Origin: an uncultured Pirellulaceae bacterium
GTDB taxonomy: Bacteria; Planctomycetota; Planctomycetia; Pirellulales; Pirellulaceae
Length of the DNA: 22,307 bases
NCBI GenBank assembly: GCA_964395615.1
Contig: CAYNDU010000020.1
Span: 1-22,307, forward strand
Direction of reading: 5' to 3'
Under the pieces are notes generated by a model that was not told the origin of the DNA, made no database searches, and worked only from the letters and a program-made list of their open reading frames with translations. Shown one piece after another: positions 15,818 through 22,307 of the stretch. A program made the translations under genes and the position numbers. The first letter of the stretch is position 1, and every line of letters starts with the position of its first letter.

Positions 15818-17650
15818 TCAGAGGAAGGGCGCCAGTGGACCGCCACGCGTCGCCAAAGCGTCAATGCGCCGACTAACATCGGCGTCTTCGACCAAGGGTG
15901 GCGCATGATGAGGTTTTGCGCGAGCGTCGATGACCAACGGCCCTTCGCACCCCCAATGCTTGTCGCGACAAAAGGCTCCCACACCACTAATATCTGTTGC
16001 CGGGTTGCTGCGCGTAAAGACCGCCCAAAGAAAATTGTCCAGCGACTGAGCCACAAAACGGCTGTCATCGACCACAATCAACAGAGCGAAGTCGGCATAC
16101 TGGCCTGTCGCGCGCAGCGATCGGCAGAGTTCTTCGATATCGTCTCGAGCCGTGCCGGTTGCCGCAGGTCCCTGGATCGCCACAACACCCGGCAAAACGA
16201 GCGTCGGTTCCGAAAATCCCGCCGGCAGAACGTGCGGGTCGGTAAAGGTCACGGGCAACGCCCGCCGCACGGGTCCGGAAGCCGCGACCACCAACTTGGA
16301 GCCCTCATTGATGCACGGGCCCGTGTAATCGAGCGTGTCAATGGTCGTCTCCGTCTGAAAGTGCAAATCGCGGCGCCAGTCAACTCGCCGCAATAAGTGA
16401 TCAAGAAACTTGCCAATATCGAACAGGTCCAAATCAGGATTGTCCTGGCCGTTCACGATCAGCAGGTACTTGGCCAGTGACATTTGCCCCTGTCCCAGGA
16501 TGGCATTGGCTTGAGTTAGCAACTCCCGCGGCCTGGACTGACCGTCGTACGGGGCGTATCGCTCGCTGCCGATCGCCAACATCAGCGGGTGGACGCCTGC
16601 CGCGTCAACTGCGTGGACAGCTTTCAATCCCGGGATCAACGTTGGGACAACCGGGGCCGTTATTTCATGGATCAGCTCTCCGAAAACCGTATCCTCCTGT
16701 GGAGGCCGGCCGACGACCGTGAACGGCCAAATGGCTCCCTTTCGGCAGGTCACTTGCTCAACTCGGAGAACGGGAAACCCATGTTGCAAGCTGTAATAAC
16801 CCAGATGGTCTCCGAAGGGTCCCTCGGGCTTCAGCTGATCCGGATCGATGAATCCCTGGATACAGAAATCCGCTTCCGCATAAACGGGCAACCGATCGGG
16901 CCGGCAGATCATCGGGATTCTGTGCCCGGCCAACGCACCGGCAAAAGTTAACTCCGACATGCCCTCCGGGAGCGGCATCACGGCTGCCAGCATCATGGCC
17001 GGAGTGCCACCGACAAAGACATTGACCGGTAACGGTTCACCCCGCGACAGTGCCGCCGTGTGATGCACGCCGATGCCTCGGTGAATCTGGTAATGCAAGC
17101 CGACTTCGCGATTCGCCACGTAAGAACCGCCGCCCAGCTGCACGCGATACATGCCCAGGTTGCTCTCTGCCATTCCCGGGCGTTCCGGGTGCTCGGTGTA
17201 AACCATCGGCAGCGTCACATAAGGACCGCCATCATCGGGCCAGGATTGCAGCTGTGGCAACTGGTCAATCGTCAATTGCTCCCCAAAGACCGGGCCCGTG
17301 CGCTTTCGGCGAGGCCGCATGTGCGCCACGGTCGGCAATGATGACAGAGATTGAAGAGGCCGGCGAAGAACCTGGGTCGGATCCAGTTTCAATTCGATCA
17401 ATCGCCGCACGTGATCCAGTTGGCGCCGAAAAATAAACCGAGCACGCTCGAGGGAGCCAAAAAGGTTCGAGACCATCGGAAACCGGCAACCCTTGACATT
17501 CTCAAACAGGACCGCCGGGCCGCAGCTGCGAAACACGCGTCTTTGTATTTCGGCAGCTTCGAGCCTCGCGTCGACAGGATCTGAGAGCCGGACCAGGTGT
17601 CCGGACCGTTCCAAATCCGCGACGCAGTGCTGCAGGGTTCGGTACGTCAT
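15818..17650 (-). CDS. UbiD-family (prFMN-dependent) decarboxylase, 610 aa
   Basis: The N-terminus (MTYRTLQHCVADLERSGHLVRLSDPVDARLEAAEIQRRVFRSCGPAVLFENVKGCRFPMVSNLFGS) aligns by eye with the E. coli UbiD N-terminus (LRDF..LE..GEL.RI...VDP.LEI.EI.DR....GPALLFEN.KG...PV..NLFG). It is longer than the canonical 490-500 aa UbiD. It ends 58 bp upstream of the next same-strand gene. Confidence 0.88.
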   Translation of the reverse strand: MTYRTLQHCVADLERSGHLVRLSDPVDARLEAAEIQRRVFRSCGPAVLFENVKGCRFPMVSNLFGSLERARFIFRRQLDHVRRLIELKLDPTQVLRRPLQSLSSLPTVAHMRPRRKRTGPVFGEQLTIDQLPQLQSWPDDGGPYVTLPMVYTEHPERPGMAESNLGMYRVQLGGGSYVANREVGLHYQIHRGIGVHHTAALSRGEPLPVNVFVGGTPAMMLAAVMPLPEGMSELTFAGALAGHRIPMICRPDRLPVYAEADFCIQGFIDPDQLKPEGPFGDHLGYYSLQHGFPVLRVEQVTCRKGAIWPFTVVGRPPQEDTVFGELIHEITAPVVPTLIPGLKAVHAVDAAGVHPLMLAIGSERYAPYDGQSRPRELLTQANAILGQGQMSLAKYLLIVNGQDNPDLDLFDIGKFLDHLLRRVDWRRDLHFQTETTIDTLDYTGPCINEGSKLVVAASGPVRRALPVTFTDPHVLPAGFSEPTLVLPGVVAIQGPAATGTARDDIEELCRSLRATGQYADFALLIVVDDSRFVAQSLDNFLWAVFTRSNPATDISGVGAFCRDKHWGCEGPLVIDARAKPHHAPPLVEDADVSRRIDALATRGGPLAPFL

Positions 17651-17877
17651 TGAGACATTCTTCGCTATTTGTTACGACGGCAATCGGCCCAGCGACTCAA
17701 GGATCTCTTTATCCGGCGCCTCTTCACGCGGCGGCCGTCCTTGCTCTACAATACGTCGATTGCTTAAACATAACTACCTGAATCAAACGACAACAGGCCG
17801 GCACGCGTGTCCAGCCAATTGGGCAGGTACGGTCGGACGGATCGTGTCCTGTCCCATCATCCAGAGGAATTTCATCC

Positions 17878-19338
17878 ATGACCAAACTGCTTCCTGCCGA
17901 ATCAACTGTTCTGGAAAATGAAGCGGACGCCGTTGTCGTTGGGCTGCACACCGACCTCATGCTGTCAGGGAAGATCGCCGAGGTTAATGAAGCGACCGGT
18001 GATATGCTCGCACGGCTGATTGCGCAACAGGAATTGCACGGGAAAGTCGGCGAAGTCATGCGATTCATTGAGCCAAACGGTTTGAAAGCGAGCAGGCTGG
18101 TCGTCGTGGGACTGGGTGATCGTGAAGAGCTGGGACCGGGAAACGTCGGTCGAGCGGCGGGGGCAGCTGCCAAGAAACTGGCTGCCACACATTGCCGCCA
18201 GGCTGCTTTCTATTTTGATCCCGAATGGGAATCGAGCTGGTGCGTTGCCGGTCTTGTCGGAGCGTATTCGGGTTGCCGAGGACAAGACCTGTACCGCACC
18301 GATAAGAAGCTGGTTCCGCTCGACGCGATCCAATGGGACGGTGCCGCGGAACGAGATCTGCTGGAAGCTGGTGTGATCGGGCAGAGTATCGATTTGACGC
18401 GACAATTAATCAACGAACCGCCGAGTCAGATGAATCCGCGGGCGTTTGCCGATCGAGCGGCATCGGAATCCGCCAAGACGGGCCTCGACTGTGAAGTCTG
18501 GGACCAGACTCGGCTGGAGCAGGAGCGATGCGGCGCTCTTCTGGCCGTCGCACGCGGGTCGGCACAACCGCCGTGCCTGCTAATACTCAAGCATCGGGGG
18601 AATCCTGACTCGGAGGAATGCCTGGCGCTCGTCGGCAAAGGAGTCACGTTCGATTCCGGCGGCCTGTCGCTCAAGCCGAGCGAAGGAATGAAGACGATGA
18701 AGTGTGACATGGGCGGAGCAGCCACCGTTCTCGGCGCCATGTTGGCAATTTCAAAGTTGCAGGTGCCGTTAAACGTGGTCGGGTACGCCGGACTTGTCGA
18801 GAATATGGTCAGTGGCGATTCTTACAAGTTGGGCGACGTTCTCACGGCTCGTAGCGGCACCAGGATCGAGGTGCTTAATACCGATGCCGAAGGACGCCTC
18901 GTGTTGGCCGATGCGCTGAACGTGGCTGTGTCTCAAGGTGCTTCCAGAATAGTCGACCTCGCCACTTTGACCGGAGCATGCCTGGTTGCGCTGGGACTCG
19001 ATGTTGCCGGCGTGATGACGAACAATCAGGATTGGTGTGATCAGGTGTTATCCGCCGCCGGCGGTTGTGGTGAGGCTGCGTGGCAACTGCCGATGTTCGC
19101 GCAGTTCAACGAGCAAATCGAAAGTGACGTCGCCGACATCAAGAACGTTGGAGAAGGGCGCTGGGGTGGGGCCATCACGGCAGCAAAGTTCCTCGAGCGG
19201 TTTGTCGAGGATCGGCCTTGGGTGCATATCGACATCGCCGGACCTTCGTTTTCCGAAAAGCCCAAATCGTGGCTCGACGCGGGTGGTACAGGAGCTTTTG
19301 TGCGGTCACTGGTCCAATTGGCACGAAATCTTGCCTGA
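17878..19338 (+). CDS. pepA: Leucyl aminopeptidase, M17 family, 486 aa
   Basis: The M17 signature NTDAEGRL is present (VLNTDAEGRLVLADAL). Metal-ligand regions GKGVTFDSGG and DMGGAA are also present. The length is typical. ATG at 17878 has AGAGGAA upstream. Confidence 0.92.
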   Translation: MTKLLPAESTVLENEADAVVVGLHTDLMLSGKIAEVNEATGDMLARLIAQQELHGKVGEVMRFIEPNGLKASRLVVVGLGDREELGPGNVGRAAGAAAKKLAATHCRQAAFYFDPEWESSWCVAGLVGAYSGCRGQDLYRTDKKLVPLDAIQWDGAAERDLLEAGVIGQSIDLTRQLINEPPSQMNPRAFADRAASESAKTGLDCEVWDQTRLEQERCGALLAVARGSAQPPCLLILKHRGNPDSEECLALVGKGVTFDSGGLSLKPSEGMKTMKCDMGGAATVLGAMLAISKLQVPLNVVGYAGLVENMVSGDSYKLGDVLTARSGTRIEVLNTDAEGRLVLADALNVAVSQGASRIVDLATLTGACLVALGLDVAGVMTNNQDWCDQVLSAAGGCGEAAWQLPMFAQFNEQIESDVADIKNVGEGRWGGAITAAKFLERFVEDRPWVHIDIAGPSFSEKPKSWLDAGGTGAFVRSLVQLARNLA

Positions 19339-19520
19339 TCCGGCCCGTCCGGGGCCTGCCGAATGGGCCAAGAAAGACGGCCGGAGTGCGAATAGACGTT
19401 AGTTTCTTTGACCTGGGTGCCGGCTGTCCGGCCGTTGGCCGAGTACGGTCGGTCGCGGTAGACTATACGCAATTTCCTGAATTCACCCGATCATCACATC
19501 ACTCGAAGGGGTCTTCGGTC

Positions 19521-20168
19521 ATGTACACGCTGTATCTCTGTTGCGCTTTGCTGGGCGGGACTGTGTTCATTATGCAGTTTGTCCTGGCTGTCATCGGCGC
19601 GGGGGCCGATGATCTGGACTTCACGGGTGACATGCCCGACGGCGTTGACATGCCCGACGTGGGGGATCTGTCGGACCATGCGGCCGGCCATGGATCAACG
19701 TGGCTCTTCGGGGTGATTTCGTTTCGAACGGTTGTCGCGGCGATGACGTTTTTCGGGCTTGCGGGGATGGCATCGTTGGAGACGAACCTAAGCGGTCCAT
19801 TCACGCTCCTTGTTGCATTGGCAGCCGGCGCGGTCGCCATGCTCAGCGTACATTACCTCATGCAGTTGCTTTACAAGCAACGGCATGATGGTACGGCTCG
19901 TATTGAGCGAACGGTCGGTCAGCGCGCGAGCGTCTACGTTCCGATCCCGGCCGCAAACTCGGGGCTGGGAAAAATCCAGATCAGGACGCAAGGCCGGATC
20001 ATGGAATATGCCGCCAAAACGCCCGCCGATTGCAAACTGACCACCGGCACGACCGTGCAAGTTACCGCCGTGCTGACTCCTTCTACCGTGGAGGTGGAAC
20101 CTTTGGTGGAGTCTGTCGACGGATTGCCACCGGAGGATGCCTCACCCGATCCGGGCGAATCAGCCTGA
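19521..20168 (+). CDS. NfeD-like membrane protein (short YuaF-type), 215 aa
   Basis: ATG at 19521 is preceded by GAAGGGG. The track ORF from 19218 is an upstream in-frame extension that overlaps pepA. It has N-terminal TM helices (LYLCCALLGGTVFIMQFVLAVIG; WLFGVISFRTVVAAMTFFGLAG; LLVALAAGAVAML) and a C-terminal beta-rich, OB-like segment. It lies immediately upstream of a flotillin gene, matching the conserved NfeD-flotillin pairing. It carries an Asp-rich insert (DDLDFTGDMPDGVDMPDVGDLSD). Confidence 0.7.
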   Translation: MYTLYLCCALLGGTVFIMQFVLAVIGAGADDLDFTGDMPDGVDMPDVGDLSDHAAGHGSTWLFGVISFRTVVAAMTFFGLAGMASLETNLSGPFTLLVALAAGAVAMLSVHYLMQLLYKQRHDGTARIERTVGQRASVYVPIPAANSGLGKIQIRTQGRIMEYAAKTPADCKLTTGTTVQVTAVLTPSTVEVEPLVESVDGLPPEDASPDPGESA

Positions 20169-20398
20169 TTCTCTCCCGGGCAAGGTGTGGACGGCGGACG
20201 GAATCGCGGACGGATAAAGTCGTCGGCGCGACTGTTTCATCGCGGCGCCACGGATTGACTGCATGATCGAATTCGAGTGGTAGTTGCGAATTGGCGACGG
20301 ATCGCGCGTGTCCGAGGCCGCCGTTCCGTGGGATGGCGGCGCTCACGGCAGCCCGACAAGAGTGTTCTGTTCACAAATGACACGGGGAGGTTTTTTAC

Positions 20399-22084
20399 AT
20401 GATCCATCTATCCGTTCCAGCGTCGAGCCTGTTGGGCCAGACTTTTCCGTCGGGTGCATTGGGGTACGCGATCATTGCCGCCGTCTTGGTGGTGATCTTC
20501 ATGTTCAGCATCCTGCTGCTGATGGTGAAACAGTATAAGCGCTGTCCGAGCAACCGGATCCTGGTGATCTGGGGACGTGGCAAACGTTCCGGTACGCCCA
20601 CCAAGACGATCCACGCCGGCGCCCAGTTCGTGCTGCCGTTGTTGGAGGATTACGCCTATTTGAGCCTCGAACCGATTCAGATCGAGATTCCACTACGCGG
20701 TGCCCTCTCCTTTGAGAATATTCGTGTCAATGTGCCGAGCGTCTTTACCGTCGCCATCAGCACCGAAAAGACGGTGATGCAACAGGCGGCCATTCGCCTG
20801 CTTGGCCTGTCGGTCGGAGAGGTTCGCAAACAGGCGGAAGAGATCATCTTCGGTCAATTGCGACAGGTGCTCGCTTCGATGGGGATCGAGGAAATCAACC
20901 GAGATCGCGATGTGTTCCTGCAGCACATTCAATCGTCGCTCGAACCGGAATTGAACAAGATCGGCCTCCAGTTGATCAATGTCAACATTACCGACATCAC
21001 CGATGAATCGGGTTACATCGACGCCATCGGACAGAAGGCCGCCTCCGAAGCAATTCAAAAGGCGCGCGGCGATGTGGCGGACAACGAACGAATGGGTGAA
21101 ACTCGAGTCGCCGACGCTGAACGCGACAAGACGATTCAAGTGGCCAACGCTCGAAAAGAGCAGGCCATTGGTACTCGCCGAGCCGAACGTGACAAGGCAA
21201 TTCAAGTTGCCGAGATGGAAAAGGAACAGTCGATCGGTGAGAAAGCAGCTGCCTTTCAGCGCGAGTCGGAGGTGAAGGAGTCTGAACGACAGATGCGGGT
21301 TCAGGTTTCCAAGGCTGAAGCCGTGGCCATCGAGGGCGAAAATGTCGCCCAGGCTACCGTCGCCGCCTCACAGGCGGAACTGGCCGTCAAGCGGGCTGAA
21401 GCGTATGAACGCGGCGAAAGCCGGAAGAAGGAAGCCGAGGCCTCCGTGTTGGAAGTGCAGAATCGGGCGTTGGCCAAGGCAGCGATCGCCGAGGCCGAGC
21501 GAGTCGAAGCCGAAAAACGGGCCGAGTTGGAAGCGCCGGCGAAAGCAGAAAAGGCTCGCGTGGTCGTCGAAGCCGAAGCGGCCGCCGATCGGAGACGCAT
21601 CGAAGCACTCGCCGAAGCCGATGCCATCTTTGCGAAACTGGATGCCGAAGCTCGCGGACAGTTCGAAGTACTCGCCAAGAAAGGCGAAGGCCTGCGCGAG
21701 ATTGTGAATGCCTGCGGCGGATCGAAACAGGCTTTCCAAATGATGCTGCTCGAACATCTCGACCACCTGGCCGAATCCTCCGCTCAGGCGATCTCCAATA
21801 TCAAGTTCGATAAGGTCATTGTCTGGGAGAATGGAGGTGCCGACGGGAAAGGAAACACGGCAGGATTCCTCAATAGCATGGCCCATACGCTCCCCCCCAT
21901 GATGCAAGTGATGAAAGACATTGGTGGAGTCGAACTGCCCGAATCGCTGATCAAACTCAATACCACCAGCGAGACGGCGGTGGCGACCGAATCGGACGGT
22001 GCCGTTGCTACACGGGTTGAGCCTGCGGGGAACGGTGACGAGGCGGAATCGACTGACGAGGAAGACACAGAGACGGCCGGTTAG
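20399..22084 (+). CDS. Flotillin-like SPFH/band-7 domain protein, 561 aa
   Basis: ATG at 20399 is preceded by GGGGAGG. It has an N-terminal TM anchor and then an SPFH-like region (ILVIWGRGKRSGTPTKTIHAGAQFVLPLLEDYAYLSLEPIQIEI...). A long Glu/Ala/Arg-rich coiled-coil follows, with internal repeats (ERDKTIQVANARKEQAIG / ERDKAIQVAEMEKEQSIG). This matches flotillin (FloT/YuaG-type) architecture. It ends in an acidic C-terminal tail. Confidence 0.88.
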   Translation: MIHLSVPASSLLGQTFPSGALGYAIIAAVLVVIFMFSILLLMVKQYKRCPSNRILVIWGRGKRSGTPTKTIHAGAQFVLPLLEDYAYLSLEPIQIEIPLRGALSFENIRVNVPSVFTVAISTEKTVMQQAAIRLLGLSVGEVRKQAEEIIFGQLRQVLASMGIEEINRDRDVFLQHIQSSLEPELNKIGLQLINVNITDITDESGYIDAIGQKAASEAIQKARGDVADNERMGETRVADAERDKTIQVANARKEQAIGTRRAERDKAIQVAEMEKEQSIGEKAAAFQRESEVKESERQMRVQVSKAEAVAIEGENVAQATVAASQAELAVKRAEAYERGESRKKEAEASVLEVQNRALAKAAIAEAERVEAEKRAELEAPAKAEKARVVVEAEAAADRRRIEALAEADAIFAKLDAEARGQFEVLAKKGEGLREIVNACGGSKQAFQMMLLEHLDHLAESSAQAISNIKFDKVIVWENGGADGKGNTAGFLNSMAHTLPPMMQVMKDIGGVELPESLIKLNTTSETAVATESDGAVATRVEPAGNGDEAESTDEEDTETAG

Positions 22085-22307
22085 ACGGTCTGCCCGTAAT
22101 CTTCTGCGAATCATCGCGAAGGGCACGAAGAAACAGATCGAGTGTGGCTCCTGCTTCCCTCACTCGGTCTTTTCCTCTTCGTGCCTTTCTTACTTCAACC
22201 GCACCAGAGATTTCGACCGTCATCTCGCCTCTTGGCCCCATTCGCGGTATCTTAGAGACTTGGCCGCTGACGTGCGGTCAAGAAAGAACGTCGCAGTGTC
22301 GAGTTAG

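Noticed and set aside
19218-19520. Upstream in-frame extension of the NfeD ORF (track start 19218) overlapping the pepA 3' end.
   Set aside because: The extension overlaps pepA by 120 nt and has no RBS. The ATG at 19521 has a GAAGGGG SD and starts right at the first TM helix.
21999-22307. 102-aa plus ORF and 77-aa minus ORF at the right edge, past the flotillin stop.
   Set aside because: They have basic, low-complexity composition. One overlaps the flotillin 3' end and there is no RBS. The window edge prevents any further assessment.

Overview
This 22.3-kb window is GC-rich (roughly 60%) bacterial chromosomal DNA. The gene content and protein style (several TlpA-like thiol-disulfide oxidoreductases, large low-complexity periplasmic proteins) suggest a Planctomycetota-like genome, but that is inference only. 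I support 15 protein-coding genes and found no rRNA, tRNA, CRISPR array, transposase or integrase. The supplied ORF track accepts ATG, GTG and TTG as starts, so several of its N-termini are over-extended. I re-evaluated starts by reading the DNA.

Plus-strand genes, in order:
- an SDR-family oxidoreductase
- ribBA, the bifunctional riboflavin-biosynthesis gene, with a GTG start and a strong Shine-Dalgarno site
- a 146-aa hypothetical protein with a weak PilZ-like motif
- pepA, an M17 leucyl aminopeptidase
- an NfeD-like membrane protein followed by a flotillin (SPFH-domain) gene, a classic pair

Minus-strand genes, in order of transcription:
- a 288-aa hypothetical protein
- an apparent operon of CBS-pair protein, korA, korB and a zinc-ribbon CBS protein, whose last three genes have ATGA stop/start overlaps
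- a tightly spaced four-gene block: a UbiD-family decarboxylase, an unusual fusion of a prepilin-peptidase-like membrane domain with a PpnN/LOG-like nucleotide-binding domain, a TlpA-like lipoprotein, and a roughly 980-1000-aa protein carrying two TlpA-like thioredoxin domains

The most unusual items are:
- the PilD-LOG fusion and the triplicated helical-module-plus-TlpA architecture downstream of it
- a palindrome-rich region upstream of the CBS-korAB operon, including a 13-mer repeated at two intergenic sites
- a perfect 3x 18-bp tandem repeat immediately after the ribBA stop
- a roughly 650-bp ribBA leader with no convincing FMN riboswitch
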